A stretch of DNA of 64,000 nucleotides from an uncultured Actinomycetes bacterium (GTDB lineage: Bacteria; Actinomycetota; Thermoleophilia; Gaiellales; Gaiellaceae). Below are positions 19,072 through 28,802 of the stretch, piece by piece (positions within the stretch are counted from its first letter, which is position 1; each line of letters opens with the position of its first letter). A program made the position numbers and the translations under genes. Below the pieces are notes generated by a model. That model was not told the origin of the DNA. It searched no databases and saw nothing but the letters and a program-made list of their open reading frames with translations. Where the stretch lies: positions 675,970 to 739,969 of the forward strand of contig CAVTBF010000003.1 in assembly GCA_963732915.1 (NCBI GenBank), read 5' to 3'.

Positions 19072-20448
19072 GTGCTTGCATCGGCCCTGTATCCCTCGTA
19101 TCTCAACCCAGGTGACAACGCCTGGCAGATGACGGCGGCCACGCTGGTCGGCCTGATGAGCATTCCCGGGCTCGTAGTCCTCTACGGCGGGGTGATGCAG
19201 AAGCGCTGGTCGGTGAACAGCATGATGCTGGCGTTCATCGCCTTCGCGATCATCCTCGTGGAGTGGGTGCTCTACGGCTACAAGATGGGCTTCGGCAACC
19301 CGTGGCACGGGCTGTCGCACTCGGGCTTCTTCGGCAACTTCATCGGCCAGCCGGGGAGCTCGCTGAGCCCGAAGGACCTGCAGGGCCAGGGGAACATCCC
19401 GCTCGTCGGCACGACCGACTTCCCGCAGTCCACGCTCATGTACTTCCAGCTCGTGTTCGCGGCGATCACGCCGATCCTGATGCTCGGCTCGGTGCTCGGG
19501 CGCGTGAACTTCAAGGCGTGGATCCCGTTCACCCTGCTCTGGGGCACGTGCGTCTACACGGTGAACGCGTTCCTGATCTGGGGCGGCGGCTTCTTCGCGC
19601 AGAAGGGCGCGGTCGACTTCTCCGGCGGCTACGTGATCCATCTCTCCGCCGGCATCTCGGGCTTCGTCGCGGCGGCCGTGATCGGCCCGCGTCTCGCACG
19701 TGACCGCGAGATCGACGCGCCGAACAACCTCGCGATGGTCGCGGTCGGCGCCGGTCTGCTCTGGATGGGCTGGAACGGCTTCAACGGCGGCGACCCGTAC
19801 AACGCGGGCGCGGACGCCGCGGCAGCCGTCCTGAACACGAACCTCGCGACGGCGGTCGCCTTCCTGACGTGGGTCGCGTGCGACTACGCGACGAAGCGCA
19901 AGCCGTCCCTGATCGGCAGCGTCAACGGCATGATCGTCGGCCTCGTCGCGATCACGCCCGCCGCCGGTTTCGTCAACGGCTGGGGCGCGATCGTGATCGG
20001 TCTCGTCGCGTCGATCCTCGTCTACGTGGCCTACAACTATCTCGCGCTGCTGCGGCCGTTCCGGTCGGTCGACGACACGCTCGGTGTCATCTACACGCAC
20101 GGCTTCGCCGGCCTCTTCGGCGGTCTCCTCACCGGACTGCTCGCCGACTCGGCGATGCAGGTCGTGCCGGGCTTCTCCGTGACCGGCGGTCTGCACCTGT
20201 TCAAATGGCAGCTGCTCACCGCACTCTGGGTGATCATCTTCTCGGGGATCGGCACCTTCATCATCCTCAAGGTGGTCGGCCTGTTCGTGCCGCTGCGGAT
20301 GAGCGAAGAGGACATGGAGACCGGCGACATCGCCGTCCACGGGCACGAGGTCTACCCGTCCGACATCCCCTCGCTGGCGTTCCCCTCGGGACTGCCTCAG
20401 CCGAGCCAGGTCGTCGGAGGTGGTGTCGCGCCTTCCGCCTCGGCGTGA
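19072..20448 (+). CDS. amt: Ammonium transporter (Amt/MEP family)
   Basis: 'NPGDNAWQMTAATLVGLMSIPGLVVLYGG', 'DFSGGYVIHLSAGISGF', 'NGMIVGLVAITPAAGFV'. Start set at GTG 19072, 7 nt after AAAGGAG; the track ORF opens at 18919. No glnK follows. Confidence 0.93.
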   Translation: MLASALYPSYLNPGDNAWQMTAATLVGLMSIPGLVVLYGGVMQKRWSVNSMMLAFIAFAIILVEWVLYGYKMGFGNPWHGLSHSGFFGNFIGQPGSSLSPKDLQGQGNIPLVGTTDFPQSTLMYFQLVFAAITPILMLGSVLGRVNFKAWIPFTLLWGTCVYTVNAFLIWGGGFFAQKGAVDFSGGYVIHLSAGISGFVAAAVIGPRLARDREIDAPNNLAMVAVGAGLLWMGWNGFNGGDPYNAGADAAAAVLNTNLATAVAFLTWVACDYATKRKPSLIGSVNGMIVGLVAITPAAGFVNGWGAIVIGLVASILVYVAYNYLALLRPFRSVDDTLGVIYTHGFAGLFGGLLTGLLADSAMQVVPGFSVTGGLHLFKWQLLTALWVIIFSGIGTFIILKVVGLFVPLRMSEEDMETGDIAVHGHEVYPSDIPSLAFPSGLPQPSQVVGGGVAPSASA

Positions 20449-20455
20449 TCCACCC

Positions 20456-20493
20456 TGCGGGGACTGCGGGGCTTACGCTCCGCAGTCCCCGCA
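20456..20493 (+). terminator. 14-bp-stem hairpin immediately after amt
   Basis: TGCGGGGACTGCGG-(10 nt)-CCGCAGTCCCCGCA. No U-tract. Confidence 0.5.
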
Positions 20494-20556
20494 CCCCGCA
20501 ATGGCGCGGCTGCCGCGCCCGTCCGGAAAGCGCGACACGGAGCTCGAGAGGAACCT

Positions 20557-21243
20557 ATGCCACCGACGATCATCGTCTCGTACGACGGAACGGACAACGA
20601 CCGCGACGCACTCGCGCTCGGCCGGCTGCTCGCCGGCGCGGGAGCGACGCTCGAGCTGGCGTACGTCCGCCACGCTCAAGAGTCCCGGAGCGGCCGCGAG
20701 CGGCTCGCCGAGGACGAAGCGAGAGCGCTGTTGAAGGCAGGTGCGGAGGCCGTCGGGCTCGCCGACGTCCCGCAGCATGTCGTGATCAGCGGCTCCACCG
20801 CGGAGGGGCTGCGCGACCTCGCGCTCGCACAGGGCGCGAGCGTGGTCGTGTTCGGCTCCGAATACCGCACCGCGAAGGGGCACGTCGACCCGCAGCCCAC
20901 CGCACGGCGTCTGCTCGACGGCGGCCAGTTCGCGGTCGGGCTCGCCCCGTCCGGCCTCGCGGCCGACACCGGCTTCACCCTCGGCACGGTCGCGGCCGTG
21001 AGCGAGGACGGCGACCCGTGCGCGCTCGAGACCGCCCAGTCGGTCGCCGGCAAGCTCGGCGCCGCGCTCGCCGAGAGCTCGACACGCGACGTCGACCTGC
21101 TCGTCGTCGGGTCGAAGCCGGGCACGGTCCAGGGGCGCGTCAGGATCAGCGCCGCAGCCGACTACCTGATCGAGCTCGCCGGCTGCCCGGTGCTCGTCCT
21201 CCCACGCGGCGTCGCCCTGCTCTTCAACGGCGGAGCCGGGTAA
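20557..21243 (+). CDS. Universal stress protein family (tandem Usp domains)
   Basis: 228 aa. 'IIVSYDGTDNDRDAL', 'VVVFGSEYR', 'DLLVVGSKPG...AADYLIELAGCPVLVLP'. Confidence 0.8.
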   Translation: MPPTIIVSYDGTDNDRDALALGRLLAGAGATLELAYVRHAQESRSGRERLAEDEARALLKAGAEAVGLADVPQHVVISGSTAEGLRDLALAQGASVVVFGSEYRTAKGHVDPQPTARRLLDGGQFAVGLAPSGLAADTGFTLGTVAAVSEDGDPCALETAQSVAGKLGAALAESSTRDVDLLVVGSKPGTVQGRVRISAAADYLIELAGCPVLVLPRGVALLFNGGAG

Positions 21244-21277
21244 GTCCGCGAGGGTCGCGGCTAGGATCGTCCCGTCA

Positions 21278-21574
21278 ATGCCGGCGGAAAACGCACGCAT
21301 GTTCAGGCGGATCCGACCGCGGGATCGCTGGTTCGTCGGTCTCGTCGTGGCCGCGACCGCGGTCGGAACGCCTATCGCGATCATTGCGGGCGCGAACACC
21401 AACCCGAAGCTCGCGCCGGGCTGCGTGACGACGATCGAGCCCGGGTTCATGGGCGGGCAGACGGCGAAGTACTGCGGCGATCGGGCGCTGGCGGTCTGCC
21501 GCAACCGGGCCGGCAGCGACTCCTCGCTCGCCGCCGTTTGCCGGCGCCAGGGCCTCTCGGTGGGAAACGAGTAG
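21278..21574 (+). CDS. Hypothetical small membrane-anchored protein with 4 Cys
   Basis: 98 aa, one N-terminal TM ('WFVGLVVAATAVGTPIAIIAG'), GC3-rich codons. The start could be ATG 21299. Confidence 0.55.
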   Translation: MPAENARMFRRIRPRDRWFVGLVVAATAVGTPIAIIAGANTNPKLAPGCVTTIEPGFMGGQTAKYCGDRALAVCRNRAGSDSSLAAVCRRQGLSVGNE

Positions 21575-21804
21575 CCATGCGGGTTGACGCGCTCGTTAAC
21601 CGGAGAACACGATTGACGAACCCGGCGTGGCGCTGCAGTCTCGACAGTCCGATGACGCGCCCAACGAACGCCTCGAAGAAGCCGGTCGCTTTCGCGTTCG
21701 TCGCGCGCATTCGTCCGCGCTAGTCGGCGCTCTCCCCGCCACAGCCGACTAGCCGCCAGAGGCGGAAGTACCCGAAGTCCTCTCCCTCGGAGGAGCCGTT
21801 CCCG

Positions 21805-24800
21805 TTGAGCCGCGCACACGACAACCCGATCCCGTCCCGCAGCAGCGGTCTCTACGACCCGGCGTACGAGCACGACGCCTGCGGGGTCGCCTTCGTCGCG
21901 CGCCTCGACGGAACGGCACGCCACGAGACCGTCCGGCGCGCGCTGACCGCGCTCGCGAACCTCGAGCACCGCGGCGCCTCGGGCGCCGATGCGGACTCGG
22001 GCGACGGCGCGGGGATCCTGCTCCAGATTCCCGACGGCCTGTTCCGCGACGAGCTGGGCGACGCGCTGCCGCCCGCCGGCTCCTACGGCGTCGGCGTCTT
22101 CTTCCTGCCCACCGACACGGCCCGGCGCGCCGAGGTCGAGGCGCTCGTCGAGCGCACGGTCGAGGCCGAGGGCCAGAGCCTGCTCGCCTGGCGCGACGTC
22201 CCGCTCGACGAGTCGGTGCCCGGCGCCTCGTCGGCCGCGGTCATGCCGGCGATCCGGCAGGCCGTGATCGCCGCCTCGCCGGAGCTGACGGCCGACCAGG
22301 ACGCGTTCGAGCGCAAGCTGTACGTGATCCGCCGGCTCGTCGAGAAGGCGGCCGGGACGGAGCTCGTCGTGCCGAGCCTCTCGTCGCGGACGATCGTCTA
22401 CAAGGGGATGCTGACCGCGCCGCAGCTCGACGGCTTCTTCCTCGACCTGGCCGACGACCGGGTCGAGAGCGCGCTCGCGCTCGTCCACTCGCGGTATTCG
22501 ACGAACACCTTCCCGAGCTGGGAGCTCGCGCACCCGTACCGGCTGGTCGCACACAACGGCGAGATCAACACGCTGCGCGGCAACGCGAACTGGATGCGGG
22601 CCCGCGAGTCGCAGCTCGCGTCGGCGCTCTTCGGCGACGACCTGCCGAAGCTGCTGCCGATCATCCGCGACGGCGGCTCCGACACGGCCACCTTCGACAA
22701 CGTGCTCGAGCTGCTGCTCCTCGCCGGCCGCTCGCTGCCGCACGCGCTGATGATGATGGTGCCGGAGGCGTACGAGTCGAACGACGACCTGCCGGACGAG
22801 CTGCGCGGCTTCTACGGCTACCACCGCTGCCTGATGGAGCCGTGGGACGGACCGGCGGCGATCGCGTTCTCCGACGGCCGCGTGATCGGTGCGACGCTCG
22901 ACCGCAACGGGCTCCGGCCCGGCCGCTGGTACGAGACCGCCGACGGCTGGGTCGTGCTCGCCTCCGAGACGGGTGCGCTCCCCGACGAGCCCGCGAACAT
23001 CGTCCACAAGGGCCGCCTGCAGCCCGGCAAGCTCTTCCTCGTCGACCTCGCGGAAGGCCGGATCGTCCCCGACGCGGAGCTCAAGCAGCGCGTGGCGACC
23101 CGGCGCCCCTACGAGCAGTGGTTCCGCGAGGAGAGCGTGCACCTGGGCGATCTGCCCGAGGCCGACCCGGTGCCCGAGCCCGAGACGCCGCTGCGGACGC
23201 GGCAGCTCTTGTTCGGCTACGCGCAGGAGGACATGAAGGTGATCCTCGCCCCGCTCGCGGCGCGGGCGGAGGAGCCGATCGGCTCGATGGGCAACGACAC
23301 GCCACTCGCCGCGCTCTCCGGTGCGACGAGGCTCCTCTACTCGTACTTCAAGCAGCTGTTCGCGCAGGTCACGAACCCGCCGATCGACCCGATCCGCGAG
23401 GCGATCGTGATGAGCGTCGGCGCGAGCGTCGGCTCGGAGCGGAACCTGCTCACCGAGACGCCCGCGCACGCGCGCCAGCTGCTGATCGACAACCCGATCC
23501 TGCGCGGCCGCGAGCTCGAGCAGCTCCGGAGCGTGGAGTCCGACGTCTTCAAGTCCTGGACGGTGGACACGACGTGGCCGGTCGAGGAGGGCGCCGCCGG
23601 GATCGAGCCGGCGCTCGAGCGGATCTGCACCGAGGCTGACCTCGCGCTCGCTGCCGGCGCGAACATCCTCATCCTCAGCGACCGCGCCGCCGGGCTCGAG
23701 CGCGTGCCGATGCCGTCGCTGCTTGCGACCGCGGCCGTGCACAACCACCTCGTCCGTGAGGGCACCCGTCTGCAGGCCGGGATCGTCGTCGAGTCGGGCG
23801 AGCCCCGGTCGGTGCACTCGATCGCCGTGCTGATCGGCTACGGCGCGGCGGCCGTCAACCCGTACCTGATGCTCGAGACGCTCGCCGAGCTCGTCGAGCT
23901 CGGCTGGCTGCCGGAGGGGATGACCGCGGAGAAGGCGCAGGCTCGCGCGGTGAAGGGGATCGCGAAGGGCCTGCTCAAGGCGATGTCGAAGATGGGCATC
24001 TCGACCCTCACCTCGTACTGCGGTGCGCAGATCTTCGAGGCGATCGGGCTCGCGCCGGAGCTCGTCGAGCGCTGCTTCACCGGCACGGCGTCGCGGATCG
24101 GCGGCATCGGACTCGCGGAGATCGGCGAGGGCGCGGTCCAGCGGCACGCGCGCGCCTTCCCGGGCGTCGGCGACGAGCTGCTGCCGGTCGCCGGTCTCTA
24201 CGCGTGGCGGCGCGACGGTGAGCCCCACATGTGGAACCCCGAGACGATCTCGCGCCTCCAGCACGCCGTCCGCTCCGGCTCGCCGGAGACGTACGAGGAG
24301 TACGCCCGGACGGCGAACGAGGACGCGGCCCGGCTCGGCAACCTGCGCGGCCTGCTCCGCCTCCGTCCTCCGGCGGGCGGCGGCATCCCGCTCGAGGAGG
24401 TCGAGCCCGCGTCGGAGATCGTCAAGCGGTTCTCGACGGGCGCGATGTCGCTCGGCTCGATCTCGCGCGAGGCGCACGAGACGCTCGCGAAGGCGATGAA
24501 CAGGCTCGGCGGCAAGTCGAACACGGGCGAGGGCGGCGAGGACCCCGTCCGCTTCGACGACGACCGCCGCTCGGCGATCAAGCAGGTCGCCTCCGGCCGG
24601 TTCGGAGTCACCTCGCACTACCTCGCGAACGCCGACGAGCTGCAGATCAAGATGGCGCAGGGCGCGAAGCCCGGCGAGGGCGGGCAGCTGCCGGGCCACA
24701 AGGTCGACGGCTACATCGCGTCGGTCCGCCTGACGACGCCGGGCGTCGGTCTCATCTCGCCGCCACCGCACCACGACATCTATTCGATCGAGGACCTGAA

Positions 24801-26334
24801 GCAGCTGATCTACGACCTGCGCTGCGCGAACCCGAAGGCGCGCGTCTCGGTGAAGCTCGTCGCCGAGGTCGGGGTCGGGACGGTCGCCGCCGGCGTCGCG
24901 AAGGCGGGGGCCGACCACGTCCTGATCTCCGGTCACGAGGGCGGGACGGGCGCGGCACCGCTCTCCTCGATCCTGCACGCGGGCATCCCGTGGGAGATCG
25001 GGCTCGCCGAGACGCAGCAGACGCTCGTCCGCAACGACCTGCGCTCGCGGATCTGGGTGCAGACCGACGGCCAGCTGAAGACGGGGCGCGACGTCGTGAT
25101 CGCCGCGCTGCTCGGGGCGGACGAGATGGGCTTCGCGACCGCGCCGCTGATCGCGTCGGGCTGCGTGATGATGCGCGCCTGCCACCTGAACACCTGCCCG
25201 GTCGGAATCGCGACCCAGGATCCGGAGCTGCGGAAGCGCTTCACCGGCCAGCCGGAGCACATCGTCAACTTCTTCTTCTTCGTCGCCGAGGAGGCGCGGC
25301 GGCTGATGGCCGAGCTCGGCGTCGCCCGCTTCGAGGACCTGACCGGCCGGGTCGACCTGCTCGACGCCGACGAGGCGGTCGCCGAGTGGCGCGAGCGCGG
25401 GATCGACCTCTCGGCGCTGCTCGCGCAACCCGACGCGGCCGAGAGCGTGCCGCGCCGCCGCGTCCAGCCGCCGCCGCCCGCGCTCGAGGACGCGCTCGAC
25501 TGGCAGCTGATCGAGGCGGCGCGCCCGGCGATCGACGCCGGCGGCAAGGTCGAGGCGGAGGTCGCGATCGCAAACACGAACCGGACGGTCGGCGGGCTGC
25601 TCTCGAACGCGGTCACGCTCGCGCACGGCGCCGTCGGGCTCGAGCCGGGATCGATCCGGTTCACGCTCCACGGCTCCGCCGGCCAGTCGTTCGGCGCCTG
25701 GCTCGCGCCGGGCATCGAGCTGACGCTCGTCGGCGACGCGAACGACTACGTCGGCAAGGGCCTCTCCGGCGGCGTGCTCGCGCTGCGGCCGCCCGACGAC
25801 GCCGCGTTCGTCCCCGAGGAGAACGTGATCGCCGGCAACACGGTGCTCTACGGCGCGACGCGCGGCCGGGCCTTCTTCCGCGGGCTCGCCGGCGAGCGGT
25901 TCGCCGTCCGCAACTCGGGCGCCTACGCGGTCGTCGAGGGCGTCGGCGACCACGGCTGCGAATACATGACCGGCGGCGTGGTCGTCGTCATCGGCCCGAC
26001 CGGCCGCAACTTCGCGGCGGGCATGAGCGGCGGCGTCGCCTACGTGCTCGACGACGACGTGACCTTCTCCTCGCGCTGCAACACCGAGCTCGTCGGACTC
26101 GAGCACGTCGGCCTCGAGGACGGCGAGGCGCTGCGGCAGCTGATCGCCGAGCACCAGGAGCGCACCGGCTCGACCGTCGCCGCGGGGCTGCTCGCGAGCT
26201 GGACCGACTCGGCGCAGCGCTTCGTCAAGGTGATGCCGCACGACTTCAAGCGCGCGCTCGAGCTGGCCGCGGTGTCGACCGGCGGCGAGGGCTTCTACAC
26301 GACCGAGTCCGAGGCGGAAGAGGCGATCGTCTAG
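21805..26334 (+). CDS. gltB: Glutamate synthase large subunit
   Basis: 1509 aa. N-terminal amidotransferase 'HDACGVAFVA', FMN domain 'ISPPPHHDIYSIEDL', GXGXG domain 'GDANDYVGKGLSGG'. TTG start after GGAGGAG. Confidence 0.97.
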   Translation: MSRAHDNPIPSRSSGLYDPAYEHDACGVAFVARLDGTARHETVRRALTALANLEHRGASGADADSGDGAGILLQIPDGLFRDELGDALPPAGSYGVGVFFLPTDTARRAEVEALVERTVEAEGQSLLAWRDVPLDESVPGASSAAVMPAIRQAVIAASPELTADQDAFERKLYVIRRLVEKAAGTELVVPSLSSRTIVYKGMLTAPQLDGFFLDLADDRVESALALVHSRYSTNTFPSWELAHPYRLVAHNGEINTLRGNANWMRARESQLASALFGDDLPKLLPIIRDGGSDTATFDNVLELLLLAGRSLPHALMMMVPEAYESNDDLPDELRGFYGYHRCLMEPWDGPAAIAFSDGRVIGATLDRNGLRPGRWYETADGWVVLASETGALPDEPANIVHKGRLQPGKLFLVDLAEGRIVPDAELKQRVATRRPYEQWFREESVHLGDLPEADPVPEPETPLRTRQLLFGYAQEDMKVILAPLAARAEEPIGSMGNDTPLAALSGATRLLYSYFKQLFAQVTNPPIDPIREAIVMSVGASVGSERNLLTETPAHARQLLIDNPILRGRELEQLRSVESDVFKSWTVDTTWPVEEGAAGIEPALERICTEADLALAAGANILILSDRAAGLERVPMPSLLATAAVHNHLVREGTRLQAGIVVESGEPRSVHSIAVLIGYGAAAVNPYLMLETLAELVELGWLPEGMTAEKAQARAVKGIAKGLLKAMSKMGISTLTSYCGAQIFEAIGLAPELVERCFTGTASRIGGIGLAEIGEGAVQRHARAFPGVGDELLPVAGLYAWRRDGEPHMWNPETISRLQHAVRSGSPETYEEYARTANEDAARLGNLRGLLRLRPPAGGGIPLEEVEPASEIVKRFSTGAMSLGSISREAHETLAKAMNRLGGKSNTGEGGEDPVRFDDDRRSAIKQVASGRFGVTSHYLANADELQIKMAQGAKPGEGGQLPGHKVDGYIASVRLTTPGVGLISPPPHHDIYSIEDLKQLIYDLRCANPKARVSVKLVAEVGVGTVAAGVAKAGADHVLISGHEGGTGAAPLSSILHAGIPWEIGLAETQQTLVRNDLRSRIWVQTDGQLKTGRDVVIAALLGADEMGFATAPLIASGCVMMRACHLNTCPVGIATQDPELRKRFTGQPEHIVNFFFFVAEEARRLMAELGVARFEDLTGRVDLLDADEAVAEWRERGIDLSALLAQPDAAESVPRRRVQPPPPALEDALDWQLIEAARPAIDAGGKVEAEVAIANTNRTVGGLLSNAVTLAHGAVGLEPGSIRFTLHGSAGQSFGAWLAPGIELTLVGDANDYVGKGLSGGVLALRPPDDAAFVPEENVIAGNTVLYGATRGRAFFRGLAGERFAVRNSGAYAVVEGVGDHGCEYMTGGVVVVIGPTGRNFAAGMSGGVAYVLDDDVTFSSRCNTELVGLEHVGLEDGEALRQLIAEHQERTGSTVAAGLLASWTDSAQRFVKVMPHDFKRALELAAVSTGGEGFYTTESEAEEAIV

Positions 26335-26422
26335 TGGGTGCGACTGCTGTCATGGGTGAGCTGGGCGCCTTCAAGAAGATCGCGCGCGCGGGCGTGCCCG
26401 AGCGGGCGACCCGGCCGAGCGG

Positions 26423-27775
26423 GTGCACGACCACCGCGAGTTCGTGCGCGTGCTGCCGCTCGTCGAGCTGCGCGAGCAGGGCGCGCGCTGCATGGAGTGC
26501 GGCGTTCCCTTCTGCCACAACGGGTGCCCGCTCGGGAACCTGATCCCCGACTGGAACGACCTCGTCTATCGCGACCGCTTCGCCGAGGCGATCACCGAGC
26601 TGCACCGGACGAACAACTTCCCCGAGTTCACCGGCCGCCTCTGCCCCGCCCCGTGCGAGGCCGCGTGCGTGCTCGAGATCGACGAGGGCAACGCCGTCTC
26701 GATCAAGCAGATCGAGCTCGCGATCGTCAGCCGCGCCTGGGACGAGGGCTGGATCGTGCCGCAGCCGGCGGTCGAGCGCAGCGGCCGCAGCGTCGCGGTC
26801 GTCGGCTCCGGGCCTGCGGGGCTCGCCTGCGCGCAGCAGCTCGCGCGGGCCGGTCACGAGGTCGTCGTCTTCGAGCGCGACGAGGCCGCGGGCGGGCTGC
26901 TCCGCTTCGGCGTGCCGGACTTCAAGATCGAGAAGCAGGTGATCGAGCGCCGCCTCGCGCAGCTCCAGGAGGAAGGCGTCGAGTTCCGGTTCGGGGTCGA
27001 CATCGCCGCCGCCGAGCAGCTCGACGGCTTCGACGCGGTCGTGCTGGCAACCGGCTCGCGCACGCCGCGGGATCTGCCGGTGCCGGGCCGCGAGCTCGAC
27101 GGCGTCCACTTCGCGATGGAGTACCTCTACGGCCAGAACCGCGCGGTCGCCGGCACCGCCGAGCCGGGGATCACCGCGCGCGGCAAGCACGTGATCGTCG
27201 TCGGCGGCGGCGACACCGGGGCCGACTGCGTCGCGAGCGCGCACCGCGAGGACGCCGCCTCGGTGACGCAGATCGAGCTCCTGGGCGAGCCGCCGGAGCA
27301 CCGCTCCGACGAGCTGACGCCGTGGCCGCTCTGGCCGGTCAAGTACCGCCGCTCGTACGCGATCAAGGAGGGCGGCGACCAGATCTTCGCGCTCTCGACG
27401 ACCGGCCTCTCCGGCGACGGGCGCGTCGAGCGCATCCACTGGGTGCAGAACTCGGGCGCGCCGCCGTTCGAGGCGATTCCCGGCACCGAGGAGGAGCATC
27501 CCGCCGACCTCGTCCTGCTCGCGATGGGCTTCCTCGGCCCCGAGTCGCCGCTGCTCGACGCGCTCGGGCTCGAACGCGACGGACGCGGCAACGTCGCGAC
27601 GGACGGCTACCAGAGCTCGCTCCCCGGCGTCTTCGCGGCCGGCGACGCGCGCCGCGGCCAGTCGCTGATCGTCTGGGCGATCGAGGAGGGCCGGCGCTGC
27701 GCGGCGGCCGTCGACGCGTGGCTTTCCTCCGACGGCCAGACGCACGAGGCCGGCGCGGGCTCGCGCGCCGCCTAG
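26423..27775 (+). CDS. gltD: Glutamate synthase small subunit (5' end apparently frameshifted)
   Basis: '[17 protein letters not shown]', '[14 protein letters not shown]', '[13 protein letters not shown]'. The first in-frame start is GTG 26423, but the conserved N-terminus is encoded from ATG 26352 in another frame. Confidence 0.9.
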   Translation: MHDHREFVRVLPLVELREQGARCMECGVPFCHNGCPLGNLIPDWNDLVYRDRFAEAITELHRTNNFPEFTGRLCPAPCEAACVLEIDEGNAVSIKQIELAIVSRAWDEGWIVPQPAVERSGRSVAVVGSGPAGLACAQQLARAGHEVVVFERDEAAGGLLRFGVPDFKIEKQVIERRLAQLQEEGVEFRFGVDIAAAEQLDGFDAVVLATGSRTPRDLPVPGRELDGVHFAMEYLYGQNRAVAGTAEPGITARGKHVIVVGGGDTGADCVASAHREDAASVTQIELLGEPPEHRSDELTPWPLWPVKYRRSYAIKEGGDQIFALSTTGLSGDGRVERIHWVQNSGAPPFEAIPGTEEEHPADLVLLAMGFLGPESPLLDALGLERDGRGNVATDGYQSSLPGVFAAGDARRGQSLIVWAIEEGRRCAAAVDAWLSSDGQTHEAGAGSRAA

Positions 27776-28476
27776 CCACTCAGCGAGAAGGTTCCGTCCA
27801 GCAGCGCGCGGCCGACGACGACGCCGTCGGCGCCCGTCTCGCGCACCGCCTCGACGTCGGCGGCGTCGCGGATCCCGCCCGCGGCGAGCAGGCGGCCCGC
27901 GAAGGCGGCGCGTGCCTCCCGGAGCAGCGCGAGCGCCGGGCCCTCCGCGGTCCCGTCACGCTCGATCGCCGTGCAGACGACCGTCGCGACGCCTGCCGCG
28001 GAGCAGCGCGCGAAGGCGTCCGCCGCGGTGAGCCCGGACGACTCGAGCCAGCCGGCGGTGCGGACGACTCCGCCGGCGACGTCGACCGAGACGGCGAGCT
28101 TCTCGCCGAGCGCGGCGGAGAACTCGGCGAGCGGGATCGGCCCGAACGCCGCGGTGCCGACGATCACGCGCGCGACTCCCGCCTCCACGAGCGCGACGGC
28201 GTCGGCGACGCTGCGGACGCCGCCGCCGAGCTGCACTCCCACCGGGTCGGCGGCCGCGACGGCGGCGCGTGCGAGCTCGAGCGGCGGGCCGCCGTCACGC
28301 GCCGCGCCGAGCGCGACGACATGGACGAGCGGCGGCCGGGTGGCGGCGAAGCGGCGCACGAGCTCGAGCGGGTCGCCCGCCTCCGAGCCGACCCGGTCGT
28401 AGTCGCCCTGGACGAGCCTCACCGCACGGCCGTCGAGCACGTCGACTGCCGGCAGGACTGCGAACGCTTGCGTCAT
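27772..28476 (-). CDS. hisA: ProFAR isomerase HisA (possibly PriA-type)
   Basis: 234 aa. '[20 protein letters not shown]', 'VQLGGGVRS', 'ERDGTAEGP', 'AAGGIRD'. Confidence 0.92.
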   Translation of the reverse strand: MTQAFAVLPAVDVLDGRAVRLVQGDYDRVGSEAGDPLELVRRFAATRPPLVHVVALGAARDGGPPLELARAAVAAADPVGVQLGGGVRSVADAVALVEAGVARVIVGTAAFGPIPLAEFSAALGEKLAVSVDVAGGVVRTAGWLESSGLTAADAFARCSAAGVATVVCTAIERDGTAEGPALALLREARAAFAGRLLAAGGIRDAADVEAVRETGADGVVVGRALLDGTFSLSG

Positions 28477-28499
28477 CGTGTTACCATGCTAACACGATG
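28474..28499. promoter_or_regulatory. 26-bp palindrome CATCGTGTTA-CCATGC-TAACACGATG spanning both divergent start codons; candidate operator
   Basis: Perfect 10-bp arms. The outer CAT and ATG are the start codons of hisA (-) and the TrpR/YerC-like gene (+). The centre carries TACCAT (+) and TAGCAT (-), both -10-like hexamers. Confidence 0.6.
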
Positions 28500-28802
28500 G
28501 AATCAGCGGAGCCCCGACATTGGCCCAGCGGCGAGCACGAGGAGCTGTTCGCGGCGATCGCGTCGCTGAAGACGCCGGCAGAGACGCAGAGCTTCCTGCG
28601 GGATCTCTGCACGCGGTCGGAGCTGGACGCGATGGCGCACCGCTGGCAGGTGGCGCAGCTGCTGGACGAGGGGCTGCCGTACCTCGAGGTGGCGAAGCAG
28701 GCGCACGCGTCGACGACGACGGTGACGCGGGTCGCGCAGTGGCTCCGCAACGGCGAAGGCGGCTACACGCTGGCGCTGCGCCGGCGACGGCGGCGCGGTT
28801 GA
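28497..28802 (+). CDS. TrpR-related YerC/YecD-family DNA-binding protein (HisR-like candidate regulator)
   Basis: 101 aa. 'EELFAAIASLKTPAETQSFLRDLCTRSELDAMAHRWQVAQLL...ASTTTVTRVAQWLRNGEGGY'. Its stop overlaps the hisG TTG (TTGA). Confidence 0.85.
   Translation: MESAEPRHWPSGEHEELFAAIASLKTPAETQSFLRDLCTRSELDAMAHRWQVAQLLDEGLPYLEVAKQAHASTTTVTRVAQWLRNGEGGYTLALRRRRRRG

Noticed and set aside
21575-21804. Looked for GlnR-type boxes (gTnAc-N6-GaAAc) and a riboswitch upstream of gltB. The region has two TTGACG motifs, GTTAAC, and a 9-bp-stem hairpin CTAGTCGGC-N15-GCCGACTAG.
   Set aside because: No arrangement matched the GlnR a-site/b-site spacing convincingly by eye. I cannot support a specific call without a motif scan.
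20473-26241. 1922-aa ORF on the minus strand, the longest in the track.
   Set aside because: It is entirely antisense to gltB, whose product has unmistakable glutamate synthase motifs. Its translation is Arg/Asp/Gly/Pro-rich low complexity with no recognisable domain, the typical stop-codon-poor antisense frame of very GC-rich DNA.
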